DNA from: an uncultured Rhodobacteraceae bacterium
Lineage (GTDB): Bacteria; Pseudomonadota; Alphaproteobacteria; Rhodobacterales; Rhodobacteraceae
DNA: 64,000 nt
Direction: 5' to 3'
Assembly (NCBI GenBank): GCA_965662745.1
Contig: CBFIJK010000006.1
Location: forward strand, 1,496-65,495
The position numbers and the translations under genes were made by a program. Of this stretch, positions 28,796 through 38,577 are shown piece by piece; position 1 is the first letter of the stretch, and every line of letters begins with the position of its first letter. The notes under the pieces were generated by a model. That model was not told the DNA's origin and did not search any database. It was given only the letters and a program-made list of their open reading frames with translations.

Positions 28796-30340
28796 TCAAT
28801 CACTGTTGCGCAACCCGCGCAGAAAAAGGCCAAGGGCGGCGAGAAGCAGCAACAGCGCCATCGGCCCGTCGCCCGTTGCCGCGTAAAGCGTGGGGGCCAG
28901 CGGCGCAGGAACGGTGACGTCGATCATGCCCGCCTCATCCAGCGGGATGCGCGCGATCACCCGGCCCTTTGGCCCGATAACGGCTGAGACGCCCGTGTTG
29001 GCCACCCGCACAACGGGAAGCCCCTGTTCCACCGCCCGCAACCGCGCCTGCGCGAGGTGTTGATAGGGGCCCGAGATATGGCCGAACCATGCGTCATTGG
29101 TGATCTGCACGATCGCCTCGGCGCGCACGTCGACCCGGTGGATGTCTTGCGGGAACACCGCCTCATAGCAGATCAGCGGCAGGATCCGCCCCAACGGCCC
29201 GCCGTCGATCAGCCGCAGGCCAGAACCGAAAGAATACCCATATCCCGCATCGGCGGTGAAGATATCGAGGCCGATGGTCGTCAGAAGCCACGGCGCGGGG
29301 ACATATTCGCCGAACGGTACAAGGTGCACCTTGTCATAGACGTCCCCGACCCGGCCTTCGGGGTCCATCGAAACGAGACTGTTGAAATAGCGCCCCGCTT
29401 CCCACCTCTGCATCCCAAGGATCACCGGCGCATCCGTGACACTGGCGATGCGGTTCAGCACCGGCTGCGCATCGTTGAGGAAATAGGGCAGCGCAGTTTC
29501 AGGCCAGACGACGATATCGGGGGTGCCGGGCGCGCCGGTCAAATCAAGATATCTGCGCAGGTGCTCTTCGGCCAGGTCCTGATCCCATTTGATATCCTGC
29601 GGGATATTGGGCTGGACAAGACGCGCGGTCGGGCGGCCTTCGGTGATCGGCTTTGCCGCCCCCAGCAGCATTCCAGCGCCATAGAGGGCGACAGCGATAG
29701 CGGCGACACCCATGAGGTCTCGACGCCGGGGCCAGAGTGCGACGCTGGCAGCGGCAAGTGCAATGGTCAGGAAGGTCAGGCCGTGGGCGCCGACGAAGGC
29801 GGCAAGCTGCATGGGCGGCCAGCCGATCCATGCGTGGCCGATCAGCGCCCAGGGGAAACCCGTCAGCATGTACGACCGAAGCATTTCGGCAATCGTCAGC
29901 GTGACGATAAGTGATGCGGCGCGCCACACGACCGATGGACGCCCGAACCGGTGTGCCAGCCCGAATGCCGCGCCCCAGAACAGCGCCAAGCCCGCCGACA
30001 GGAACACAAGCGCAAATGGCGCCATCCACCCGTGGCGGGCGATATCGACGAGGAAGGGCTCGACGATCCAGCTGAGTGTCAGGGTGAAATAACCGGTCCC
30101 CGCAGCCCAGCCGAGCCATGCAGCGCGGCGCATCGTCGGCGCGCGCGTCAGCATGATTGTCAGCAGGCCAAGGCCCAGCAGCGTGAAGACAGGGATCGAC
30201 ACCGGCGCCTGCCCCAGCCCCGACATCGCGCCCAAGCCAGCGGCGACACCCAAGCCGCGCCAGCCGACCGCGATGCCGAACCTGTCAGCTGCTGGCAGGG
30301 ACACGGACACGCAGACGCTTGATCCGTCGGGGGTCGGCAT
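28796..30340 (-). CDS. lnt: apolipoprotein N-acyltransferase
   Basis: A 514-aa protein with a polytopic N-terminus and a C-terminal CN-hydrolase domain (ICYEAVFP, WPE). The start is uncertain; the ORF-track start overlaps corC by 56 nt. Confidence 0.88.
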   Translation of the reverse strand: MPTPDGSSVCVSVSLPAADRFGIAVGWRGLGVAAGLGAMSGLGQAPVSIPVFTLLGLGLLTIMLTRAPTMRRAAWLGWAAGTGYFTLTLSWIVEPFLVDIARHGWMAPFALVFLSAGLALFWGAAFGLAHRFGRPSVVWRAASLIVTLTIAEMLRSYMLTGFPWALIGHAWIGWPPMQLAAFVGAHGLTFLTIALAAASVALWPRRRDLMGVAAIAVALYGAGMLLGAAKPITEGRPTARLVQPNIPQDIKWDQDLAEEHLRRYLDLTGAPGTPDIVVWPETALPYFLNDAQPVLNRIASVTDAPVILGMQRWEAGRYFNSLVSMDPEGRVGDVYDKVHLVPFGEYVPAPWLLTTIGLDIFTADAGYGYSFGSGLRLIDGGPLGRILPLICYEAVFPQDIHRVDVRAEAIVQITNDAWFGHISGPYQHLAQARLRAVEQGLPVVRVANTGVSAVIGPKGRVIARIPLDEAGMIDVTVPAPLAPTLYAATGDGPMALLLLLAALGLFLRGLRNSD

Positions 30341-31202
30341 CGACCACTTCGAACTCGACCCCGTTGGGATGGGGGATCACCTCTCCACGCGCGGGCACGC
30401 GCCCCGCCAGCATGAAGACAAGACCGCCCAGCGTGTCGATCTCTTCCTCTTCCTCGGCCTCGAGCAGGTCGAGCCCGGTTTCGGACTGGAATTCATCAAT
30501 CGGCGTCTTCGCGAGCGCAAGGAAGGATCCGGATTTCTCGACCGTGAAAAATCGATCTTCCTCGGTGTCGTGTTCATCCTCGATTTCGCCCACGACCTGT
30601 TCGATCAGATCCTCGATGGTCACAAGGCCGTCCACGCCGCCATATTCGTCGATCACAAGCGCCATATGCATCCGCTGGCTTTGCATCTTTTGCAGCAGCA
30701 CCCCGATGGGCATCGAGGGCGGCGCGTAAAGCAGCGGACGCAGCATCTTGCGCAGCGAAAACCGGCCGCCTTCGCCGTTAAAGCCGTAGGACAGCGCGAA
30801 ATCCTTGAGGTGCACCATGCCGGTGGGGCTGTCGAGCGTGCCCTTGTAGACCGGCAGACGCGTCATGCCGCTTTCGCGGAACACGCCGACCAGCGCATCC
30901 TTGCGGATATCCTGCGGGACCGCGACAATTTCCGCCTTGGGCGTCGCCACATCTTCAACCCGCATCCGGCGCAGGTTCGACAGGCCGAGCGCCAGCCCAT
31001 TGCCGTAGATCTTGTCATCGGAATCCTGTGGCTCTTCATCCGGGGTATCGGAATCGCCGCCGCCGAACGCATCCGTAAGCCAAGTGAAAAGGCCCTTCTT
31101 CTGGCCGTGATCCGCACCCGTTTCGTGGCCCGTCTCGTGATCTGTCTTCTGATGCTGCGCGCCACGCGCCGCTTCAGACGATCCGTCTTCGCTGTCGCCC
31201 AT
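30285..31202 (-). CDS. CBS-pair / CorC_HlyC-domain protein (CorC/TlyC/YbeX family)
   Basis: It has a CBS pair region, MALVIDEYGGVDGLVTIEDLIEQVVGEIEDE and a transporter-associated C-terminus, and sits in the conserved position between ybeY and lnt. Confidence 0.85.
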   Translation of the reverse strand: MGDSEDGSSEAARGAQHQKTDHETGHETGADHGQKKGLFTWLTDAFGGGDSDTPDEEPQDSDDKIYGNGLALGLSNLRRMRVEDVATPKAEIVAVPQDIRKDALVGVFRESGMTRLPVYKGTLDSPTGMVHLKDFALSYGFNGEGGRFSLRKMLRPLLYAPPSMPIGVLLQKMQSQRMHMALVIDEYGGVDGLVTIEDLIEQVVGEIEDEHDTEEDRFFTVEKSGSFLALAKTPIDEFQSETGLDLLEAEEEEEIDTLGGLVFMLAGRVPARGEVIPHPNGVEFEVVDADPRRIKRLRVRVPASS

Positions 31203-31217
31203 CTTTCCTTTTCCGTT

Positions 31218-31730
31218 TCACACCGCCCGTTGGGCCTGTTCCGAATATGGGTCCGGAACGCCAAGGGTGGCAAGTATTTCAACCTCGAGCCGTTCCATCA
31301 GGGCGGCATCAAGGTCTGTTTCGTGGTCATATCCCAGAAGATGCAAGGTTCCATGAACGATCAGATGCGTCACATGGTCTTTCATCATTTTTCCCGCATC
31401 TGCGGCCTCGCGGGCGCAGGTTTCATAGGCGATCGCGATATCGCCAAGCTCGGGATCGCCCATAGCTTCGGGCAATTCGGGGCGCGCGCCGTCGGTTTCG
31501 GCGCTGCGTTCTTCTGACGGCCAGCTGAGAACGTTCGTGGGCAGGGATTTGCCCCGGAATTCGGCGTTCAGCGTCGCGATCCGCGCATCATCACAGGCGA
31601 GCAGGCTGATCGCCCACGCCTCGGGCGCAAGGCCCAGATGCGAGAGAGCAGCCGCAGCCGCCGTCTCGGCCAATACCTCGAGATCCAGCTGCGCCCAGTT
31701 GTCCTCTTCTATGATCGTTTCGACCGTCAT
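31218..31730 (-). CDS. ybeY: rRNA maturation endoribonuclease YbeY
   Basis: Contains the metal motif HLIVHGTLHLLGYDHETD; 170 aa. Confidence 0.92.
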   Translation of the reverse strand: MTVETIIEEDNWAQLDLEVLAETAAAAALSHLGLAPEAWAISLLACDDARIATLNAEFRGKSLPTNVLSWPSEERSAETDGARPELPEAMGDPELGDIAIAYETCAREAADAGKMMKDHVTHLIVHGTLHLLGYDHETDLDAALMERLEVEILATLGVPDPYSEQAQRAV

Positions 31731-31779
31731 GCCGCGCTACCTAATGCGCGCGGGCGGTCCTTGAAAGGTGCGGGTGCTT

Positions 31780-32358
31780 TCATTCGGCAGGTTCCCGCAC
31801 GTCGAAGAAGCCTGAGGGGCCGTCGCGCGCCGTCCAGGCAGACAAAAGAGTGTCTGAGTTTTCGACCGGGTCGCATGCACCATCCAGCACGAGGTCATAG
31901 GACAATCCGTCATGAATTATCTCATGATCCCGCACCGCACTGCCCCGCGCGCGGTTGCTGCGGGCAGCTTCCCGCTCGACGAGGAGTTTTGGGTCGATTT
32001 GAAGCCCGACAAAGAACACATCCCTGTCCTCCAAAGCTCTTGCAAGCGAAGTATGCCAGCCCGGCGTGTCGAGCATGTGCTCCACGGTGAGGTTGTTCCC
32101 CTCGCCAAGCTACGCCACCAGCCCGGTGTGAAAGTCCGAAAATGATTTCGCCCGATGCGCCTTCCAGTCGAAATCCCCGGCCCCGAAGCGATCCATCGGC
32201 AGCGCACCGGTATCGCGCAGCAGGTCAAACGACACGCACCAGAATGGCAGCGGGGCGCGCGCCTGAACACTGCGGGCAAGCGTGGATTTTCCGGCACTAG
32301 ACGCGCCGTGCAGGAAGATCAGGCAGCCGGGTTCATGCGGGCGGGGTGTCGGCGTCAT
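31780..32358 (-). pseudogene. chloramphenicol-phosphotransferase-like (CPT family) P-loop kinase interrupted by one in-frame TAG
   Basis: It has a P-loop (IFLHGASSAGKSTLA). The ORFs 32110..32460 and 31780..32085 are in the same frame and are separated only by a TAG at 32110-32112 (...FHTGLVA*LGEGNNLTVEHMLD...). Confidence 0.65.
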
Positions 32359-33349
32359 AAGCCTCGATGATCTTGGCCACGAGGTGATGGCGCACGACGT
32401 CTTTCGCGGTGAAGTAGTTGAACGAGATATCTCGGATATTGCCCAGAAGGCGTTCGGCATCCGCCAGTCCCGAGGACACGCCGCGCGGCAGGTCGACCTG
32501 CGTTCGGTCGCCGGTGATGACCATTCGGCTGCCCTCGCCCAAACGGGTGAGGAACATCTTCATCTGCATGGTCGTGGCGTTCTGCGCTTCGTCCAGCACA
32601 ACGAAGGCATTCGACAGCGTCCGCCCGCGCATGAAAGCCAAAGGCGCGATCTCGATCTTCTTTTCTTCGCGCAGCTTGGCGACCTGTTTGCCCGGCAGGA
32701 AATCATTCAGCGCGTCGTAAAGCGGCTGCATGTAGGGATCGACCTTTTCTTCCTGCGTGCCGGGCAGAAAGCCAAGCCGCTCGCCCGCCTCAACCGCAGG
32801 GCGGCAGAGGATGATCTTGTCGACATGCCCTTCGATAAACATCGACACACCTACGGCGACGGCCAAATAGGTCTTGCCGGTGCCCGCAGGCCCAATGCCG
32901 AAAGCCATCTCATGCTGAAAGAGGTTCGTCACATAGGCCTTCTGCGCCGCCGTCCTCGGCTCGACCGTCTTCTTGCGCGTACGCACCTCGACACGGCCAC
33001 CCTTGAACATCTCGATCTGATCGCCGGCGCGGGTGCCGGTCCCGTCGGCCGAGCCGCCCATGCGGATTTCACCGTCGATCTCGCCCGGATCGATGCTGCG
33101 GCCCTGTTCCAGCTTGCGGTAAAGGCCCGAAAGAACCCCTGCGGCGCGCGCGCGGGCGTCGGCATCACCGATGATCGCAAGAAGATTGCCGCGCCGGTGG
33201 ATATGCACCTCTAGTTTCTGCTCGATCTGGGCGATGTTGCGGTCGTATTCGCCGCACAGGTCAATCAGAAGCCGGTTGTCCGAAAACTCGATCAGCGTTT
33301 CGGGATCGGTCTCCGCCGCGGGGGGCGGGGTCACGGTGCTAAGGGCCAA
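32333..33349 (-). CDS. phoH: PhoH-family ATPase
   Basis: Contains AFGIGPAGTGKTYLAV, FLPG...EKVDPY, VVLDEAQN. Confidence 0.92.
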   Translation of the reverse strand: MALSTVTPPPAAETDPETLIEFSDNRLLIDLCGEYDRNIAQIEQKLEVHIHRRGNLLAIIGDADARARAAGVLSGLYRKLEQGRSIDPGEIDGEIRMGGSADGTGTRAGDQIEMFKGGRVEVRTRKKTVEPRTAAQKAYVTNLFQHEMAFGIGPAGTGKTYLAVAVGVSMFIEGHVDKIILCRPAVEAGERLGFLPGTQEEKVDPYMQPLYDALNDFLPGKQVAKLREEKKIEIAPLAFMRGRTLSNAFVVLDEAQNATTMQMKMFLTRLGEGSRMVITGDRTQVDLPRGVSSGLADAERLLGNIRDISFNYFTAKDVVRHHLVAKIIEAYDADTPPA

Positions 33350-33443
33350 CGAGGTCTCCTTGAGGATAGGTCACAGTCGAAGGGTGGCGCGGGACGCGTG
33401 GCTGTGCAAGCCATTGCGCGGGAATGTCATCAGGCTTTAACGC

Positions 33444-33474
33444 AAAAGGCCGCGGTGGAGGTTCCACCGCGGCC
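33444..33474 (-). terminator. intrinsic terminator after the lipoprotein/OmpA-like pair
   Basis: An 11-bp stem (GGCCGCGGTGG / CCACCGCGGCC) with a 5-nt loop is followed on the minus strand by TTTTGCGTT, about 35 nt after the stop at 33509. Confidence 0.75.
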
Positions 33475-33508
33475 CAAACTGTTGCTGGCGTGTTCAAGAC
33501 CCGCGCGA

Positions 33509-33808
33509 TCAGATGGGATCGCCGATGCCCGAGCCGGACTTGAACGGTCCAATGGCGGTATTCGGCGGGGCGGCGCCAGAGCAGACCGGCTTGCCATATT
33601 TGTCGAGACGCTGGGACAGGTAGCCCTCGATCCCGTCGTCGATGATCCAGTGATCGCAGCCATTCGGGTCGATCCAGATACCGGCCTTGAGCTGGCTGAG
33701 ATGCTTGGAGTCGAACCCGCGGTCCACGGTCTTGTCGGTCTTGTTGTCCACGCAACCCGCCAGCGTGGCAGCGGCGGCGAGAAGGCTGAGGCCCTTGATG
33801 AGTTTCAT
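33509..33808 (-). CDS. small lipoprotein carrying a 2-Cys 'W[IV]DP.GC.HW..DDG.EGY...PVC' module
   Basis: It has a signal peptide plus lipobox (LLAAAATLAGC) and the module IWIDPNGCDHWIIDDGIEGYLSQRLDKYGKPVC. Confidence 0.7.
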   Translation of the reverse strand: MKLIKGLSLLAAAATLAGCVDNKTDKTVDRGFDSKHLSQLKAGIWIDPNGCDHWIIDDGIEGYLSQRLDKYGKPVCSGAAPPNTAIGPFKSGSGIGDPI

Positions 33809-33820
33809 TCGACGATCCCC

Positions 33821-34387
33821 TTATCGAATGCAGATGATTTCGACACGGCGGTTCTGCGCCATGCCCTGATGGGTGGCGTTCGACGCCATCGGCATCCGTT
33901 CGCCATAGCCGCGCACATCCGCGATTCGCGCGCCGGTTGACTGGGCGACCTGCGCCACCGCGTTGGCCCGGTTGATCGAAAGACGCATGTTGTAGTCGTC
34001 GCTGGCGCGGCTGTCGGTGTGACCTGCGATCACGAAGGATGTGGCGCGCGCGCTGCGGAAAAAGTTCTGAAGGTAGGCCACGCCCTGGTGGCTCAGCCGG
34101 TGGCTGCCGGTCTGGAACAGCACGTCGGAATTCAGCACGCCGCAGGTGTTGCCCCGGCGGCAGACCGGAATGCCCTGACGCGTGACATGGGGGGTCATAT
34201 AACCTTCCCAGCCATCGTCCATCACCCAGTGCTCGCACCCATCGGGATCGACCCAGATTGTCGGGATATAGGCCTCGCCGACGACGGTGCGGGATACGCC
34301 CTGCGCGTCGGCATTTGCGGCGGCAAGTCCAACTGCCATCGCTGCCAGCGCCAAACCACCGCGGATCGCGTTGTTGATCTTGCTCAT
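33821..34387 (-). CDS. OmpA-family (peptidoglycan-binding OmpA_C) protein with the same N-terminal 2-Cys module
   Basis: It has a signal peptide, the module IWVDPDGCEHWVMDDGWEGYMTPHVTRQGIPVC, and OmpA_C motifs (LFQTGSHRL...GHTDSRASDDYNMRLSINRANAV...NRRVEI). Confidence 0.8.
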   Translation of the reverse strand: MSKINNAIRGGLALAAMAVGLAAANADAQGVSRTVVGEAYIPTIWVDPDGCEHWVMDDGWEGYMTPHVTRQGIPVCRRGNTCGVLNSDVLFQTGSHRLSHQGVAYLQNFFRSARATSFVIAGHTDSRASDDYNMRLSINRANAVAQVAQSTGARIADVRGYGERMPMASNATHQGMAQNRRVEIICIR

Positions 34388-34645
34388 TACGGAATCGTCC
34401 TCTGCCCAGTTTCGCCGTTCACGTGGTCCTGGATTTTTCCAGTGACCATACTGCCTCACAGTATTTGGGGAAGCATAGCAAACATGGTGGATCTGTGAAG
34501 ACCCTTTCACCACATATGGCGTTTATTTCGCCCCTGTGGCAGTGGCGCACGGCCTTGGGAAAGGTCAATCAGGTACCGCGTCGGCGGATCGCTGGTACTG
34601 ATTGTTCGACAAAGGGAAACGACGGCAAATCTCTGGACCCACCGG

Positions 34646-34700
34646 CATCCTCTTTGGTGTTGGAAAGTATCCTTGGGGGTTTGGTGGTAAAGCCCCTACG
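34646..34700 (+). repeat. intergenic repeat, copy A (box plus imperfect hairpin)
   Basis: The box at 34649-34672 is CCTCTTTGGTGTTGGAAAGTATCC. The hairpin at 34676-34696 is imperfect. Confidence 0.7.
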
Positions 34701-34703
34701 AGG

Positions 34704-36035
34704 CTAGCCTCGAACCACACGCCCGCCGAGTGAATTCGGGCCGCTTTCCACGATCTCTACAGGCAGGATGTCCCCCGGCGCCGCGCCGCTGCCGGTCACA
34801 TGGACGGCATGCAGGTATTCGGATTTGCCGACCATCTGATCGTCCAGTCGCCCGGTCTTCTCAAAGAGGACCTTGACCTGCCGCCCGACCATCCCATCCT
34901 GGATCTCGCGCTGCTGACGGCCCAGCAGGTCCTGCAGCCGCGCCAGCCGGTCCGACGCCGTTTCGGCATTCACATAGGAACGCTCTGCCGCGGGCGTGCC
35001 GGGGCGGGCGGAATATTTGAACGAATAGCACTGGCCGTAGCGCACCGCCTCGACGAGGCGCAGCGTGGCCTCGAAATCCTCTTCGGTCTCGCCGGGAAAG
35101 CCGACGATGAAATCGCCGGACAGCAGGATATCCGGCCGCGCGGCACGGATACGCTCGATCAGGCGAATGTAGTCCTCGGCACTGTGCTTGCGGTTCATCG
35201 CCTTCAGCACCCGGTCCGATCCCGACTGCACGGGCAGATGCAGGTAGGGCATCAGCTTGTCACAGGTGCCGTGAGCCTCGATCAGGTCGTCGCTCATGTC
35301 GTTGGGATGCGACGTGGTGAAGCGGATACGCTCCAGCCCGTCGATATCATTCAGCGCCCAGATCAGCCGGGCAAGCGACCAGTCGCCGCCTGCGCCCGCG
35401 CCGTGATACGCGTTGACGTTCTGACCCAAGAGCGTGATCTCGCGCACCCCGCGTTCTACCAGATCGCGCGCCTCGCTCAGGATGCGATCGGCCGGGCGCG
35501 ACACCTCGGCCCCGCGCGTATAGGGCACGACGCAGAAGGCGCAGAATTTATCGCAGCCTTCCTGCACGGTCAGGAAGGCGGTCGGTCCGCGCTTTGCCTT
35601 GGGGCGCTGGATCAGCTTGTCGAACTTGTCTTCCTCGGGGAAATCGGTGTCGAGCGCCTTGGCCCCGCCCTGTACCGCATCTTCCATCTCTGGCAGGCGA
35701 TGATAGCTTTGCGGGCCAACCACCAGATCGACAAGCGGTTGGCGACGCATGATTTCCGCGCCTTCGGCTTGCGCGACACAGCCCGCGACACCGATCTTGA
35801 GGTCGGGCCTTGCGTCCTTCAAAGGCTTCAGGCGGCCAAGTTCGGAATAGACCTTTTCGGCTGCCTTTTCACGGATATGGCAGGTGTTCAGCAGGATCAT
35901 GTCGGCGTCTTCGGCGTTCGCGGTCGTGACATATCCCTTGCCGCCCATGGCCTCGGCCATGCGTTCGCTGTCATAGACGTTCATCTGACAGCCATATGTC
36001 TTGATATAGAGCTTCTTGGGATCGGACATGACCAA
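34704..36035 (-). CDS. miaB: tRNA-2-methylthio-N6-dimethylallyladenosine synthase
   Basis: Contains [20 protein letters not shown] and the radical-SAM motif [11 protein letters not shown], plus a TRAM C-terminus. Confidence 0.95.
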   Translation of the reverse strand: MVMSDPKKLYIKTYGCQMNVYDSERMAEAMGGKGYVTTANAEDADMILLNTCHIREKAAEKVYSELGRLKPLKDARPDLKIGVAGCVAQAEGAEIMRRQPLVDLVVGPQSYHRLPEMEDAVQGGAKALDTDFPEEDKFDKLIQRPKAKRGPTAFLTVQEGCDKFCAFCVVPYTRGAEVSRPADRILSEARDLVERGVREITLLGQNVNAYHGAGAGGDWSLARLIWALNDIDGLERIRFTTSHPNDMSDDLIEAHGTCDKLMPYLHLPVQSGSDRVLKAMNRKHSAEDYIRLIERIRAARPDILLSGDFIVGFPGETEEDFEATLRLVEAVRYGQCYSFKYSARPGTPAAERSYVNAETASDRLARLQDLLGRQQREIQDGMVGRQVKVLFEKTGRLDDQMVGKSEYLHAVHVTGSGAAPGDILPVEIVESGPNSLGGRVVRG

Positions 36036-36160
36036 GGGTCCCTGCGGCCGGTGATGGGTTGCAAGGGCGGTGGCCTACCGCGAAACCCCTTGCGGCGCAA
36101 CGCTTGAAAAACCGCGCGGGCCAGCACACTCTGCCCGCGCGGCACAAACAGGACGACACG

Positions 36161-37018
36161 ATGCGATACGCCTCTCTCGACGCTTTCCTCACCGGCCAGA
36201 CCTCTGCGCTGGGAAAGGGGCCCATCGCGATGATCTTTTGCGAGGATTTCGTCGAGATCGAAAGCACTGTGCGCCACCACCTCGACGCAGGATTTCTCGA
36301 GGTGCTGCTGTTTACCCCGCCGGAGCTTGATCTGTCGCGCCTCATCGAAGAGGAGGTGCAGCGCATCGATTACAACGTCATGCGGGACGGCGCGCTTCAG
36401 GAGGCTGTGAACAAGGTCATCGCCGCCGCGCCAGGCATCTGGATGTATTACTGCTACAACGCCGAGTACCTGTTCTACCCGTTCTGCGAAAGCCGAAGCG
36501 TGACCGAGATGCTGGCCTTTCACACCGAAGAACGCCGCGACGCGATGCTGAGCTATGTGGTCGATCTTTATGCCGGGAACCTGCAGGATCGCCCGAACGC
36601 CGTTGATTGCCAGGCGGCCTGGCTGGACCGAACGGGATACTACGCGCTGGCCCGTGCAGGCGGTGCGATCAAGGAACGGCAGCTCGATTTCTTCGGCGGG
36701 CTGCGCTGGCGGTTCGAGGAACACATCCCGCAAGAGCGCCGCAAGATCGACCGGGTTTCGCTGTTCAAGTCCAAGCCGGGCCTGACCTTGCGCGACGATC
36801 ACACGTTTTCCGATGAAGAATACAACACCTATGCCTGCGCGTGGCACCACAACCTGACGGCGGCGATCTGTTCCTTCCGCACCGCCAAGGCGCTGAAAAG
36901 CAACGCGGGATCGACCTATGACATTTCGCATTTCAAATGGCACAACTCGACCCGGTTCAACTGGAATTCGATGCAGTTGATGGAGCTTGGGCTGATGGAG
37001 CCGGGGCAGTGGTTCTGA
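36161..37018 (+). CDS. conserved hypothetical protein
   Basis: A 285-aa protein that looks coding by eye from G/C-ending codons. It is divergent from miaB. No family was recognised (WMYYCYNAEYLFYPFCE...FFGGLRWRFEEH). Confidence 0.5.
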   Translation: MRYASLDAFLTGQTSALGKGPIAMIFCEDFVEIESTVRHHLDAGFLEVLLFTPPELDLSRLIEEEVQRIDYNVMRDGALQEAVNKVIAAAPGIWMYYCYNAEYLFYPFCESRSVTEMLAFHTEERRDAMLSYVVDLYAGNLQDRPNAVDCQAAWLDRTGYYALARAGGAIKERQLDFFGGLRWRFEEHIPQERRKIDRVSLFKSKPGLTLRDDHTFSDEEYNTYACAWHHNLTAAICSFRTAKALKSNAGSTYDISHFKWHNSTRFNWNSMQLMELGLMEPGQWF

Positions 37019-37126
37019 ACGGCTTGAACAGACACCGCTCTATTCCACCCAAGACCGAGCCTTAAGGTGTTGCGGTAGATGGCGGCTTCGATCCCGGACT
37101 CAGGGATGATTCAGGGCGCACGATTG

Positions 37127-38419
37127 TCAGCTACCGGGGTCCAAGGCCTGCCGCCGGACCAACACCAGGGTCAGCGTCGCTGCAATCAAAAGAAACCCCG
37201 CGCCTAAGATCCAGGCGATAGGTGTGGAGTACGTTTCGGCGACGGCTCCGGTCAAAACCAGACCCAACGCGGCCCCCAACTGTTGTATCAGCGATCTGAG
37301 CGACAGCATGGTCGACCGCTGACGGTCTTCCACGCAGCTATGCAGAATACTGCTTGCAGGTGTTTCGCTGACACCAAGGATCACCGAATACAGGACGAAT
37401 ACCGCCACAAAGCCGATGATACTGCCTTGCACTGCCAATGCGATCTGAACGCCTGCCAGGCAAGCAAAGGTCGCCGCCAGCGTCATGGCATGCCGCCGCT
37501 TGAAGATCCGGCTGATGAACGGGGACAGAGACGCGCCGAGAGCGATCGAGAAGAAATAGGTCGCAGTTACGACGCCTATAACGGTGTTCGCGTAGCCAAC
37601 ATCCAACATGGGTTTTGCATGGGTCGGCCAGATCACCTCGACAGGATTGGTGGCCATCAAGAAGAACGCCAAGGCTGCCAGAAGTATCGATAATGCAGGA
37701 TGCTTCAGTGCCAAAAGAGCTGCGTGCTTGATCACCGTTGGGACATTCGCGAAGCCGTGCCTGAGAGCAGAGACCTTCATCGGGCGGGCCTCTTCGACAA
37801 TGGCCGACATCGTGAAGACAAGCACACCCAGCATCACAACAAAGCTTGCCGCGTAGGACACATCATAGATGCTGAACCCGACGCGTTCCGCGATTGAACC
37901 CAGCATATCAGGCAGAAGGCCTCCGACGACGGCCCCGGTAGCCAGCCCGACAGCATTGGCCCATTGCGCTTTGGCCAGCGCGGGCTGGACATCCACATTC
38001 GGTGCGTGAGCCCGAAACGTTTCGACAAACCACGCATCCAACGTGCCCGACCGAAGAGCCCGCCCAAACCCTATGAATGCAAATGAAAGCGCCAGAACAT
38101 AGAAGTCCTTCGTCGAGAGAAAGAGCGCGAGTGAAATCAGGCTGGCGACACCTGCCGCCAAGAAGACCGGCTTGCGGCCAATGCTGTCAGCAAGGCCGCC
38201 AAACGGCAGCTCCATCGTCATCGTCGTGAGCGAGTAGACCCCGAAGAGAACCGAGACTTGGAAAAGGTCCATGCCTCGGTTTGTCAATGCCAAAGCAACC
38301 ACAGCAACCGTCAATCCCATCGCGAAACGGTCAAGGAATTGGTGTATCTGAAACACGCGGATGTGCCGACGCGCCGAACTGGTAAGCGCTGCGAAGGAAA
38401 ACTCTATTTCAGTTGCCAT
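37127..38419 (-). CDS. MFS transporter
   Basis: A 430-aa protein with about 12 TM segments and an MFS motif-A-like GGLADSIGRKPV. Confidence 0.75.
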   Translation of the reverse strand: MATEIEFSFAALTSSARRHIRVFQIHQFLDRFAMGLTVAVVALALTNRGMDLFQVSVLFGVYSLTTMTMELPFGGLADSIGRKPVFLAAGVASLISLALFLSTKDFYVLALSFAFIGFGRALRSGTLDAWFVETFRAHAPNVDVQPALAKAQWANAVGLATGAVVGGLLPDMLGSIAERVGFSIYDVSYAASFVVMLGVLVFTMSAIVEEARPMKVSALRHGFANVPTVIKHAALLALKHPALSILLAALAFFLMATNPVEVIWPTHAKPMLDVGYANTVIGVVTATYFFSIALGASLSPFISRIFKRRHAMTLAATFACLAGVQIALAVQGSIIGFVAVFVLYSVILGVSETPASSILHSCVEDRQRSTMLSLRSLIQQLGAALGLVLTGAVAETYSTPIAWILGAGFLLIAATLTLVLVRRQALDPGS

Positions 38420-38577
38420 GCTTGCAGCATCAACTTTGCTGCTGCCGCCTACAATGCATTAGATTGCAGACCCTATCCAGCGTAAGCTGTCACGGTCGTT
38501 AGAACAGGCGCCGCGGAATTTTGGTTTGTCCGAATAGCCAACCTGTATGCGCGCCTTCGCGAATGATCGCCTCCCCT

